DNA from: the human T2T-CHM13v2.0 reference genome, Homo sapiens | Strand: one strand, 5' to 3' | Length of the DNA stretch: 64,000 bases | Assembly: GCF_009914755.1 (NCBI RefSeq) | Contig: NC_060937.1 | Shown: positions 15,640 through 30,100 of the stretch, in pieces | How positions within the stretch are numbered: the first letter of the stretch is position 1 | Layout: each line of letters opens with the position of its first letter | Made by a program: the position numbers and the translations under genes | Notes under the pieces: model-generated | Told to the model about the DNA's origin: nothing | The model's database searches: none | What the model saw: only the letters and a program-made list of their open reading frames with translations

Positions 15640-16405
15640 TACAATGATGAGTCCTTCCCTTCCTTATCTCCCAAATTTCCATCTCAAGTTCTGTGTTAGA
15701 CTTTAACATACTTCCTAGCCATGTTGATTTCAGGTGTGACCACATGACTTGCTCTAGTCAATGACTGTGAGTAATGTGGCCACAAATGTTGAAGAGAAAT
15801 CGAAAGCACTTATTTATAGAGTTTTCCGATTTCTGTAGTGCAAATCATCTTGAAACGATGTGATGTCACTGAACTTGGAATTTAAAAGAGATATGCAGTA
15901 GCATGCTATTGCATATTATTTCCATCATACAGATACAACAGATGTAAATAACCTTAAGACCATAGATGACAATAAAATATAGTAAACTAAGAGTTGGTGG
16001 GTTTTAAGTATTCATTTTTAATGAAATTTCCTTGATTGTAAGTTTATATAATTTAATTTTTATTAATGGCCATCTTTAACCACTTGCTCATCAAATTTAT
16101 AAACATTCAACATTGGTTCTTGCAAACCAATATGCACAAAACTCAAGCACACCACTAATTAAGCAGAAAGAAGCCCAGTTCCTTCTAGCAAAAGCTTTAA
16201 GGTAAAGCTTATTGTTCTCCATGCCTTCTTTACTTCCCTCTGCTATCATAGCTGAATTGTTCCAGAAAGAAGCTGTTACTGTCAGATGTGGTCTCAGAGT
16301 GGGGATAGAATGGAACAGATTGAGAGCTAGAAATAAAACTTTTTGTTGTAAGTCAATGAAATTTTGAGGTCAATAGTTACTATTGTATAACTCTAGCTAG
16401 ACTGA
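15640..16405 (+). mobile_element. Old MLT1 (I/J-like) LTR interrupted by MER63
   Basis: aggtgtgaccacatgacttgctctagtcaatg before the insert; gaaataaaactttttgttgtaagtcaatgaaattttgagg...ctagctagactga after it. Confidence 0.6.
15770..16156. mobile_element. MER63-family hAT-Blackjack DNA transposon
   Basis: gatgtcactgaac...catacagatacaacagatgtaaaataacct...gattgtaagtttatataatttaatttt, ending in the terminal agcacaccact. Confidence 0.7.
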
Positions 16406-16439
16406 GTAAAAACTCTAACTTATAAGATTTTTAAAAAAT

Positions 16440-17500
16440 TAATTAATTTTTAATTGAAAAAAATTGTATACATTATATACAGCATGATGTTTTGAAATAT
16501 ATATGTGTGTATATATATATAATGGAATGGCTAAATCAAGCTAATTAACATATGCATTACCTCACATACCTATCTTTTTTTGTGGTAAGAACACTTAAAA
16601 TCTACTCAGTGATTTTCAAGAATATTATTAACTATAGTCACTATGTTGTATAATAGATCTCGTGAACTTATTCGTCCTATCTCACAGAAATTTTGTATCC
16701 TTCAACCAATACTTCCTCAACTCCCAACACTGCTGGTAACCATCATTCTACTTTCTGCTTCTATGAGTTTGAATTTTTTTTATTATAGTTTAAGTTCTGG
16801 GGTACATGTGCAGAATGTGCAGTTTTGTTACTTAGGTATACACGTGCCATGGTGGTTTGTTGCCCCCATCAACCCCGTCACCTACATTAGGTATTTCTCC
16901 AAATGCTATCCCTCCCCTAGCTCCCCAGCCCTCGACAGGCCCTGGTGTGTGATGTTCCCCTCCCTGTGTCCATGTGTTCTCTTTGTTAAACTCCCATTTA
17001 TGAGTGAGGACATGCAGTGTTTGGTTTTCTGTTCTTATGATAGTTTGCTGAGAATGGTGGTTTCCAGCTTCATCCATGTACCTGTAAAGGACATGAACTC
17101 ATCTTTTTTATGGCTGCATAGTATTCCATGGTGCATATGTGCCACATTTTCTTTACCCAGTCTATCATTGATGGGCATTTGGATTGGTTCCAAGTCTTCG
17201 CTAGTGTGAATAGTGCCACAATAAACATACGTGTGCACATGTCTTTATAGTAGAATGATTTCATACATAAGTGAGATCACCGGTATTAGTCTTTTGTGCC
17301 TGGGTTATTTCACTTACCAGTGTTCTCCAGATTCATCCCTGTTGTTGCAAATGGCAGGATTTTCTACTTTTTAAAGACTGAATAGTATTCCATTGTGTCG
17401 ACCACATTTTTTGTTCATCAGTTGATGGACACTTAGGTTGATTTCATATCTTGGCTATTGCAAATAATATGGGAGTACAGACATCTCTTATAAGATATTT
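16440..17500 (-). mobile_element. L1MA-type 3' end (host element)
   Basis: aatggctaaatcaagctaattaacatatgcattacctcacata...aacacttaaaatctactc; resumes at cataagtgagatc after the nested L1PA. Confidence 0.8.
16774..17261 (-). mobile_element. L1PA (about PA7-8) 3' fragment nested in the L1MA
   Basis: ttattatagtttaagttctggggtacatgtgcag...tgtgatgttcccctccctgtgtccatgtg; minus-strand ORFs give L1 ORF2 C-terminal peptide (KDMCTRMFIVALFTLAKTWNQSKCPSMIDWVKKMWHICTMEYYAAIKK). Confidence 0.9.
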
Positions 17501-18884
17501 TTAATCACCATAATTCCTCTGATAGAGGGATTCTGTTAGAGATTTTCCTACAAGGTTGAGTAAGTCAGATGTCCTGGGGTCTGAGAAAATAAATAACAAA
17601 ACCAAACATTTATACATTATTGGCATATATTGAAAGCGAGGCAATGAAGTTTCATTTTCTCACAAATGACTCATCAATTTGATTTTTTCCTCATTTGGCA
17701 ATTTGTCCCAAATTCCAATTTATACTTGGTTCACAAAGAATTTGGGAACCTGCAAATACTGGTGGTGCTTTAGAGTACTTGCTCTGCAATGATTTTGCGT
17801 GGATATCTTATACTTCCCTGTGTCTGTGCTTTTCCTTGTTTGTTTCTCTTCTTCTGGAATACCCTGTCAGACATCCCTATCTTTGTGGCTCCTACTCACT
17901 CTTCCCTGAAACCCCAACTAGACATGTAGATAGTACGTTCCATGAACTGAGAGATCCCAGTCTCTGTACTCACTACTCTATTTCTAGCACCTGACAAATA
18001 CTTTGTATTCAATTGTGTTCATTAAATAAATTACTGAAAATAAACCACCTTTGAAATCCATTTATACTCTGGCATGTGTGTTGTTATATTTATTATTCTA
18101 TATTACATTCAGAGGACTTGTGTCTGTGTGCTAGCATAAACTAAGACACCTTGAGACTAGCATCACTGCCATCTTTCTGTACAAAACTATGGCAATGCTT
18201 AGAACTCATAGCAGGAATTTTTGAAATATATATTTTTATTTGAACATCTTCTATAGCTTCTCTATATAGCAATGAAGTGTCTCTTCATGAATGTAAATTT
18301 TATTCCAAGTTGGACAGTTGGAACTGGGGGCTTAGAGATGACAGAAAGACTAAAAATAGGTGCTGATGATGGAGTATTGCCATAAAATATCTACAAAATA
18401 GGCATGGCAGAAACTTAAAAAGGTACATGAATTCAGTTATTATAAAAAAGATAGTCACCTTGCATTTACACAGCACTTTGCAGCAAAATGAATTTCAAAG
18501 CAATTTGCCAAACAGTTTTACAAAGGATCATTTGGCTGAGTCACAAAGAGTGTCTTCTGGTGTGGGACTCTATAGCTGTTCACAATGCACATCAAGATGC
18601 CAATGAGCTGGTTTGCTGATCTCAGCAGAAGGGGACTTACTAAGGAGCACCTGCTGGAGCTTGCATAGTTTTCTTGGGATGCTTAGCGTTACTTGATTCT
18701 GGGATTTCTTCTCCCTCGAGTAAATGCCACTATTTCTGGGAAAACATGGGACAGAGCTTTTTACCTCCTATAAAAAGGCCTTAAAACAGGCATATTACCT
18801 AGCTTAAAAGACAAAATAGAGTAATTGATTTAGTACCCAGAGGACAACCTAAGTCATTACAAATCAAACCAGCAAACATTTATT

Positions 18885-19040
18885 GAACACCTTAGGCAAG
18901 TTACTTATACTCTCTAAGCCTCAGTTTCCTTACTTGTAAAGGTCTTTTCTCAGACATTACTATGAGGATTAAATGAGGACTGAATGTAAAATATTTATCA
19001 GATGGCATTTCACACATTAAATTTACCTAGCATTATTTTT
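18885..19040 (+). mobile_element. MIR fragment
   Basis: ccttaggcaagttacttatactctctaagcctcagtttccttacttgtaaa...tgaggattaaatgag. Confidence 0.7.
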
Positions 19041-19504
19041 ATTATCTTTAATTCAGTATCTTACATGTCATTATGTTAGTTAAAACAAGAAAATTACATT
19101 TTTAAACATTTTTAAACATGTTTATTGCATTTTTACAATTATAAATATCTTGAACAATGCCTTTAGGTTTTTTAAAAATAAATGATAGGTAAATTGTTAA
19201 AAATTAATCTAATGAAATGATGTATACACTAAATTCTTATATGAATATAGGCCTTATTGATATTGTGCATAGAATTTAGCTAAAATCTAGTGAGTAAGAA
19301 TTATGACTATATTTAAACAAGTTTAGATAAATAGCATACCCACTCTCTAAATTGTTGTGCATTGGCACAATGAAAAGTACCCCAAGAAAATCAAAACAGG
19401 ACCAAAATAGATTGGTGAATTCACAAGTAACATGTTACATACGTGAATGAAAATACAGTTGGTTTCATTGAAATCTATAATGTATTGAGTCAAAGTAAAA
19501 GAAC

Positions 19505-20030
19505 CATCAAAAAGAAACTGCACCAGATGGAGTTAAACAGTCATGGAAGATTTTGTTCAAGACTATTGCAATGGGAGAGCGACACCATTGCAGAAGAGGG
19601 AAAAAAATAAACAACTTCACTGAACCAAAACGCTGGAGAGGTTTTAGCATTGGAGTGAACTGTTGGAAAAGTGCTGGAGAAGATTAAGGGGGAGGTTTTG
19701 GTCAATGTGATTAAGCCACATGTGTTTGCTTATTGGTGCTTGTTAAAGTTATGCTCCTACCCTCACATAGAGACTAGAAGATAGGGGCCCTATCTTATTG
19801 ATTATTTTTCAAACAGTTGGCTCCCAGTTCCTTGAGAAGGATATTCCTGAGTTGTAAAGGTGACAAGAGGCTTGGAGAAGATTTACATCTCAAAGAGGCA
19901 GAGAAAGAATTTACAACTTTTCTAAGGTAAATGCACTAAGAAAAGAGAAGTCAGAGCCTATAGTTAGAAAGAAACCTGTCTAAAATTTAGTCAAGCAGAA
20001 GGGACCATAGGGGTGCTGCCGTGTCGGTCA
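19505..20030 (-). mobile_element. MER31-like ERV1 solo LTR
   Basis: aagatttacatctcaaagaggcagagaaagaatttacaac...aaacctgtctaaaatttagtcaagc...ggtca matches the remembered MER31 consensus in reverse. Confidence 0.75.
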
Positions 20031-22513
20031 ATACCCCAATGAAACTTGGTCAGCTCAATTTTCCAGAATTGTGTTAACACAGTGAAATAGATCAAAACAT
20101 ATTAGCCAAAGAATATTTAGCTATTTTTTCTATGCCTACTGATCATGCAGCTGGGAGAAAGAACATAACAGATAAATGTATTGGCCCAAGTTATTAGATT
20201 ATCTCAATATTGACCTAGATTTATCTTAATTTATTCTAGAAATTAATCCACTTTTTCTTTGCCAGAACATTTCCTTATTACACATGAATTATCAATATAG
20301 TAGAGAGACACACTTAAAGTAGGGATGTAAAAGCAAAGGGAATTACAGCATTAAATGTTTGATTAAAATTAAATGTCAGGAATCCTGAATTATGTTGACA
20401 GTTCCATGTTTCAATGTATATTCAGAAGGTGAAAAAAAACTCCCTGTCTTGAAATATGTAAAATCTTAAAATTTTAGCAGAAGATTTTTGCCTATAATTA
20501 GTGGCAGCCCTTAAGGGAGCACAAAGATCTCAAAGACAGTTAGTAGACTTTGACCCTAAGTTATCTCAATTGAGTTGAAAATATCCTACTGAAGCCTGAA
20601 AAAGGGAAAGGGCCAATTACAAAGTGCTTTAATTTCTCCACAATGGCTTTTGCAAAGCACTAATGAAAAGTCATTTTCTATGGACATTTGATAGGATCCT
20701 GCTATTGTTCAGATTCAGACAGTTAAAAGAAATCAACAGTCACACAGTCATCTTGAAAGAGGCAAAAATTGACCAAGGAGAAGTGAATAATTCGCATCTA
20801 GCTGTGAATGAAAATAGTCTGAAGGCACAGCTAACTAAGCCACATGCTCCTTTTCCAGTGTCATGGTCAATAACAAGTCTCAGGTAGGAGCGTGGCGTGT
20901 GCTTTCTCCAATGTTGGCAACTCCAGTCAATAAAGTATAATTGGAACCTGCCAAGAAGGTAGTGTGTCAAAGGTGTATTTAAGCAGAAACTTAGATGCTG
21001 AACTGTTTGTGTAAAAATTGAGCACATAGTCTAATTATAAGTTTAAGAACTTAAAAAAGTTTGAACCTTGTAAATCAGCCCTGTGAATGATGCACACTGC
21101 TGGAACATGACAACTGCATCAATAGAGCTCAGTCAGAATAGAGGAAGAAGTGTCAAAATTACAAGAGGAGCACTGCTCTTAGCAAATAATTAAAGGGAGG
21201 ATTGAGAGAGGTGTCTTTGATTGGGATAAGCAAAAAGGTTAAAATGCCATTTTAATTTATCTCCTTAAAAGACACACAAGTGAAAACAAGACCTTTTTTG
21301 TTAAATCAATAAATAGTAATTTGATTAGCTTATGCTTGTTAGGCATTTTGATCTACCATCATACAGCCTACTATTTAAACTTTCTTGACACTCAAGATTC
21401 TATGATATTACAAACAGAATGGAGGCAAGATGCACAGTCCACTTTACTATTGATTGTATAGGTCGAGTGTGGAGTAAAAGTTCAATCAGTTCTAATGACC
21501 ATGGACATTTTGATAATTATAATTACCCCTCAATGTGACTCCAAATTCAGAGGCTTCAAGAGGCTCACTACATGCCTTTCTCTGGCAGTCTCACTTTTGA
21601 AATTGGAAAGAAGGTTAAATCTGCATATCTGAGCTCTGCCCTGCTCTGAGAACCAATTGATTTCCCTTGGTAGATGTGTCATTCAAAAACTATATTTTAC
21701 TGCTAATAGTACATAATCAAAGATACAGGCAAATTAATGAACTACTTTCTTACTAGAATAAAATAAAGTATGCTTAGGATCACCTTCTTCCATGTAACTT
21801 AGCATTTCATTGGCAAAATTGCATTAATCATTCCAGTACTTTCATAGAGTAATCTCAGTTTTCCTCAGCATCATTTTGTTGTTAGATTGAACCCTGATCT
21901 ATTGTTAATGCTGCTTTGGAGAGGAAATTTTTATCTATACCACAAATTAATTTGACATGTACTCATGTAGAGAAAGCAAAAAGTAAGTTGTTTGCACATT
22001 TTTCTTTTATTTGCATCTTTGACTCATTTCAGGAAATTAAAGAGATAATCACATGGTATACTAGATAGACAGTATCAAGGACCAACTTACTGGATGATAC
22101 TTAACAATGTCTGAATGCTGTGATGTGACCGAGCCAGGCACCACTCCAGTGCAACCCCTCCATCCCAGTTTCATGTCTGAAAATTCAAGGGCTGGATTGG
22201 CAAATTGACAAACAGCACTTGGAACATATTGGAGAATATAGATGTTTTAATTGAACTTAATCCTTTTTATATTAAAGAACACAAACCTTATAATGAAATG
22301 ACTGGTTTTTAGTGCTTTTTTCAAAATTATTTACTGTTTCCTTTTACCAGATTTATCAATGAAGAAGATGCAATGTCAAGCTTTCAAGGAAAACTTTGTA
22401 TGTATAGTTTGACTTCTTACTATGCCACAGTGTAAAATGCCAGGAAGGTTAAAATCAGACTTAAGATTTGTTACAATGCATGATGACCTATAGCTCTTTA
22501 AATCTGAATAGAC

Positions 22514-22816
22514 AGCTGGGTGCGGTGGCTCATACCTGTCATCCCAGCACTTTGGGAGGCTGAGGCAGGCAGGTCACCTGAAGTCAGGAGTTTGAGACCA
22601 CCCTGGTGGTCTCAACATGGTGAAACACCGTCTCCACTAAAAATACAAAAATTAGCTGGGCGTGGTGGTGGATGCCTGAAATCCCAGCTACTTGGGAGGC
22701 TGAGGCAGGAGAATCGCTTAAACCCCAGGGGGAGGCGGAGGTTGCAGTGAGCCAAGATTGCACCACTGCACTCCAGCCTGGGCAACAGAGGCTGACTCCA
22801 TCCCCCAGCCCCCAAA
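22514..22816 (+). mobile_element. AluS with C-rich degenerate tail and 14-bp TSD
   Basis: Full dimer; TSD aaatctgaatagac (22500-22513) / atatctgaatggac (22817-22830). Confidence 0.9.
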
Positions 22817-23959
22817 ATATCTGAATGGACATCAGGTACACATGGACTAATAACTCCTTGAGCCTAATTAGAAAGAAAGAATAAATTGGGATTGAAGGAG
22901 GTATGGGAAATGACATTGGAATTTCAACAACATGAAATTGAATTTTATTAAGATTAATCTATATACATAATATATTCTTCCCCTCAGTTTTAGAAAACTA
23001 ATTTGTAGAACTATGTCGCAGTTTGTTTGGATTTTATTATATCAATTGGCATCATAGTTTTCCAGGCCTCCACTGATAATCCTTGTAGAGAGTTCTGCAA
23101 TGATCTGCATAAAATAGTAGCCTCTTTGAAATCCAGACATTTCTTGAATTCTAGACTCAGTGTACAGGCTAAGTACTTATTCAAGTCTTTCAGCCTCTCT
23201 CTTCTTTAAAAGGTACAACACAGAGTCCCTATATGCTGGCTCTTTCCAAGTTTGGAAATTTGCATGTAGTGACATTGTATGAAGAAAAGACATATCAGGA
23301 GACATGAGCTCTTTCTTTAGTTGTACAACTACTGATCAGTCACATGATATCAACAAGCCAATTTAGTTCCTAGGACTCAATTTCCTCATCCCTTGATTCT
23401 GTATTTTTTGCAGTGAGACTGTATTCTAAAGTGTTGGCCAAAATATGCAGCTACAAAAATGAGCCCTAGAATATTAAACATGTTTATTATTTTATTCCCA
23501 TCCCGTTCCATCTGGCTTATCTCCTTCTGCCTCTTCTGATGCCATTTTCTCAAGGAAAACTGCATATTTTCTCAAGATAAATCATTTTCTGAGGGCATGA
23601 TTTATTTCTGATAAGTGTCTAAATTAGATCAGTTATTTTTTCAATAATCTTTAATACTCTCTGCTTTAAAAAAAGACTTATTGTACTGAGTACTTTGATT
23701 TAGAAATGCAAAAGATGTTGAAACTCTTTCTTTCCTAAGGGTAAAAATGATATTAACCACCCACTTGTTTATGGGCTCTAGTTAATAGCTACAGTAAATG
23801 AACATGACAGATAGGAACAAATGTCAGTGTTTTAACATTTTTATATAGGCAAAGCTGGCATGCTAAGCCAGAATCCCCATTTAACTATTGCATGTCACGC
23901 ACATACTCCTCAAAAACAAAAATGTATGTTTATTTGAGTATATTCAAATGATGCTTTTC

Positions 23960-24390
23960 TGTGAAAGGGCCATGTATGCAAAGTGACCCCCAAATCCTGA
24001 AGGAGCTGAGGAACCAAAGAAGGAGGCAGACAGATTCAGTTTGTCGATATTGGGTGATGTATTGAGGGAACTTAAAGACAGAACCGTGGCCTTGGATAGC
24101 AGCAAGACAGGCAGATCCCCACGCTGCTACTCCTCAGACCCGAGGCTTATACAGCTTCAGGAAAGCAGATGCGCTCCTCAGCAAGACAGTTAAAGGCAAC
24201 CTTCCAGAACAGGCAAGAATGTGGTGTGTGTCATAGCCTGTACTTTGTATGATAGCATCAAGGTTGCTTTGTTCTTACGCTAGTTGAAGTAAACATTAAT
24301 AAAGTAAAAACCAGGAGGCAGTCATGGGGCTAATCAGAAAGTCAACATGGCAGATTAGCATTCAAAGTGGAGTCACTTTTCCCTCCCCTG
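23960..24390. mobile_element. LTR47-like solo LTR
   Basis: tgtgaaagggccatgtatgcaaagtgacccccaaa...gaaggagctgag...cagacccgaggcttata...agtcaacatggcagattagcattcaa. Confidence 0.6.
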
Positions 24391-24974
24391 GTGCTGACAT
24401 TGAAATGGGTCAAACCACCTAGATTTATTTTCTAGGCGCCACCAACTATGAGTTGCACGACTTTGGACAAGGTATTTGGCCTTTCTCATTTCCGTTTCCA
24501 GAGATGAAATTGATCTCAAGGGGCATTTTAAGGAGTAGTTTCAAGTTTTAAAGGAGATTAAATATATTAAAGTTTTTCAAGAACTGCAAAGTACTGTATA
24601 AAGAACTATTACTGTTTGTGTTTATGTCAACAGTTGGACTTATTTACTCTTTATGTTGGCATGAGAAATTTTCCTTCTCATGTTTTCCATTTTCTGGGAA
24701 AAAAATAAAAATAAACAAAACACCTTCCTTGAATCTTAGTTCCCTCCTTAGTCACTATGCTGTTTCTCTGCGTAACTTACAAACTAATTTTTAAAGCAAT
24801 AGACCTCAAATATTAATTTAAAAGTCTCCAAAATGACTTCCTAAATCTTAGATCCAATCACCTTCCTTCAGATTCCTGAAATCCATCTCACGTCATCTGA
24901 CACGAGTGGTTACAACACTCTTGAAGTTCCTCCCCTGGCTTTCATTAATCTGAAACTAAGTACTCAGATCACTC

Positions 24975-25160
24975 ATTAATTCATTGAAACACTCATCCAT
25001 CCAGTGATTCAACACATATTTATTTATCCCTTACTGTGGTTAGGCACTGTTTGAAAGCACTAGAAATAAAGCAGTGAACAGTGAAGACAGCAGGAGGAAT
25101 CGCTGCCCTCATGGAGCTTACAGTCTGTGCGGGAGATAGACAGTGAACACATGGATATTG
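24975..25160. mobile_element. L2 3' fragment
   Basis: attcaacacatatttattt...taggcactgtt...ctgccctcatggagcttacagtct. Confidence 0.65.
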
Positions 25161-26029
25161 ATAGATATTGCGTGACTAGTGTTCTTGCATGCTGCCCATG
25201 GGTGACACACTGTTGCTGCTGCTGACCATGGACAGCATCTGGATGGTAATACCAAGAGAAGAGACCTCGGGAATGCATTAAGTCTCACTGTCCCCTCTTC
25301 TTTCCTACTGCCCTAAAGTGAACATTATGTGTTGTTTGGTCTTTGTCGTCCTTTTCCCCCTTTAAGTCTTTTTAGCAGTTTATTTTATTAAGTAAAAACA
25401 ATTTCCATTGCTAGATTAAACCATTATGACCCATCAATCAGTATGCTTATGTCCTCTGTTTGAGAAGCTGGACTTCTAGCCCATTGTGAGTACTGGCTCT
25501 TTACATTGTGGTCTCATTCATGATAAATGTTGCCAATAACTTATGTATAAGTTGTCTATTTTTTAGTGTTTACAGGGACATTTCTTTTTTCTACATGTGA
25601 ATCTAACGTACATTTTTAAGGAAACAATTCAGATAATATACACTTAAAGTCACTTAAAAAAAGGAGAAAGAAAATTTATTGATAATGCCATCCCCCCAAA
25701 CAAAGCATCTGTTTTTATTTTTATGGACTCACTTTATATATTTGTCAATATTCATTCCAAAATATCATAAATTTTTTTTCTAGTTCTGGTAAATTATAAC
25801 AGCATTCAAGTTCTTGCTTCTGTGTCCTGCCTTCCACATTTTAATAGGAATTTTCTTCTCAAATGCAGCACATTTTCACATCTCTCACACATACTCACAT
25901 GGTCACAATCATCCTGAAACCTTCAATGACTCTGAACTTTGTAATTGCACAGAAAACATTGAGAATCTGTCTCTTCAGAAGTAATCAAAATTTGAATTAG
26001 AGGCAGAGATCCAGTACAATCATCTTCAT

Positions 26030-27100
<1,071 letters not shown>

Positions 27101-30100
27101 AAAGGATCTTGGGTATTAGAATAATTTGTTTCTCTACATGCATAATCATGTTTTGAATTGTTCCTAGCATCCCACCCCAATTTCTGGTCCTCAGCTACTT
27201 ACATGCTGGCATTATGCACCACATGACATTTAGGACAGGTGAGAAGAACGTCCTTTTTGTGACTTGTAAGAAGTTGGCAGTGAAATAGATGACCTTGACA
27301 GTAGGCTCAGTCTTAGATCTATTTTAGGAAATAATTCACCTAAGATGTGGAAATTACCTCTGTACACGTCTCCCTAAGAAAAGCCTCCCATGTCCTGCTT
27401 TAGGCCATGGCCCTACATAATAGGAGAACAGAACCATATGTCTGTATTTAAAAACTAGATAGTGGCCTGAGGTCTACCACCTGTGGGCAGAGAATGGAAA
27501 TGGGACTCAGGAAGGCTCTCCTGAGAGTTATGTACGTTTAATGAAGTTTGATATAGAAGAAAGTACCATTTTTCCAGTACAGGTCTGCATGATCTTGCTG
27601 CTGAGGCTCAGGACATATTACTCAACTATTCATGACAAAAAGCATAGGAATTCAGTTGGCATTGCTGTTGGAGTTGTTATTACATATTTTGACTGGAAAT
27701 TTCAGAAAAAGTAAAGCTCTATAGATTATAGTCTCCTCGATTCATTTTCCCTGTAGCACAGTAAACAGACAGCATTTGAATCATTTAAAATACCTTCGAA
27801 GCCTGCAAAAACAAACCCAAATTGAAGATCAAATAATCGATGCTTATTATGAGAGAAAATGTGTTTTCTGTTATTCAAGTACATTATGCTAACATGGCTG
27901 TCCTGATGAAGTCTGGGGGAAAAAATGTTGAAAAAGTAAATGCCAATAAAAATTAGAAAGTCCTCATAAAACTTCCTTCAAAAAGGACTTGAAAAGATTA
28001 ATTTAATTGTTCTTCCTAAATGTGATAAGTACATTTGATATTCCTTTACTTTAGACAGACATTAACATCAGAAGGCCAAGGGTAATGAAAATGCTGACTA
28101 AAAGATTGTAAAATCCCATTTTTACCTGTATTGAAGCTTTTCTCTATTAACAAAGTGGTATTCCTTTAGAAGCTGAATTAACTCTTTCAACTTGCAGGCG
28201 TTTAATTTAGTATCCTGAGAGACACACTTTATAATATGCAACATGTTTAATTACCAAAGGACTCTACGTATGTGGGTGAGGGGATAATTCTTTTGGTGTT
28301 AGCATTTTTATGGCAATATGCAATAAACTCATTGATTTTGTTACTAGATTTCTATACCATTTGAACTATTTAATATCAGTGTTTGTGCACAACAAAGTTC
28401 TTGGGAATATTCGTAAATTATATTTTTTAGTTATCTGCCTGACATAAGGCAATGTGGGAAGTATTCTTAGAACTCAGTAAAATTATGCTTAATATTTTTA
28501 TTTAAGCTTTGACCTACAACTTAATCAGTGGCTTTATAGAATTCTTTTTAAATGCAGAAATTAATGGTGGATGATGTTCCTAGGATTTTCACTGTGAATT
28601 GAAATAAGTCTACTAGGATTTTTCATAGGAAAATGGGATCATGGATGATATATCCTTAACATGGTCTCATTGGCTACAATAGAAATGGACAAGAGCATCA
28701 TATCTGAAACACCAAGATGATATTAAAGTTTTCTAAAATGTTTTTGTGCCAAATAAGTCATCAATCACATAAAATTACATCTATTGATATACTATCATGA
28801 TATGCAATAACGCATTCTCATTTAACTTCAGAATATTTTCCTTTCCACTAAAGGAGAAAAACATCAGTGCCATGGAATTCAGGGGGGTTTTTCCAGGGAA
28901 AAATTTTAGCAAAGTTGGAGGAGATGTCAGGAAAAATTTAGTCACTTCTTATATTTCATCATTCTTTTAAGTAATTACTGTAAGTAACACTGCTTTCCTC
29001 TACATCAAATATTTTATAATTTACAAATAAAACTGGTGTCATCCTTCAAAGTAACCCCCTTCTGAAACTAAAAAATTATTCAAGCAACCATGCATTATTT
29101 GGGGAAACTATATTTTATGTTGCCTTGACACAAGAAAATTAGGAACATTATTTTTGTATCAACCTTCTACCCCATGATTTATTTTATGAAAATGTGCTTT
29201 TGTTGGTATATTCTCCCCTCCCTCACCCATCCCCAGAACTCTTGGGAATACTGAAAATACTGAAAGGCACCACATGCCCAGTAATCCTACTTAGACTTTT
29301 ATTATGTTGTTCTCGGAATATGTTTACTTAAGATAAAAATAACAGAAACATTTAATCAGTCAAGAGTCCAAGGATACTGAATTCCTCCGTGTTCCCAATA
29401 TTCCACTTTGAGTTTCTTTTCCTGTTCTCCTGGCATTTGCAGCAGTGGGAATTCCGTATGGTGTGCTGCCCACTAGCCTGTTATTCATGAAGTCAGTTCT
29501 GCACTAGCTCTGTTGTACAGCCATTCATTCAAACAAATTCTCACCTGTTATTCTTCTGCTGTGGATCTTGCTCCCTGGTAACTTTGAAATCCATCATTCA
29601 TTTTCATTATAGCACCTCAAGCAGTGCCAGCACATGGTGATAAATATTAAATATTTTCTGAATGAACTTGAAATAAATTCAGTCATAGCCATCTATTCCA
29701 TTAATATTGGAAAAGAGGGAAGAAGAACATTTTTTTCTTGATGCAGTGCTGTCTTTTTTTCTCCTTTCAAAGACCGCCATCTTATTTTCTTTGTCCTTTG
29801 ATTTTATTATTCTTGAAGGGTAGAGACACCACTGGCATCTTTTGAAGGATCTCTACCCGATCAGATTCTTCATGCCCATGGAAGTTTCCAAGTAATGTTC
29901 ACTTCTTTGCTAATGACAGTTCATGGCTTAATTGTCAGCCAACTGATTACAGCATTACCAAACTAGTGTATAATCTCCCTCTGATATTTCTCTTATTTTT
30001 TTTCTCCTTCTTTGAGGCTTTTCAGAAAAGGTCCATGCTGGTACTTTGCAGGGTGAGGTTAAGAATGGGCATTATTCATGGAATCCCACTGCTGCTTTGA

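Noticed and set aside
16643-17209. 188-aa ORF, the longest in the track
   Set aside because: Antisense read-through of nested L1 3' ends.
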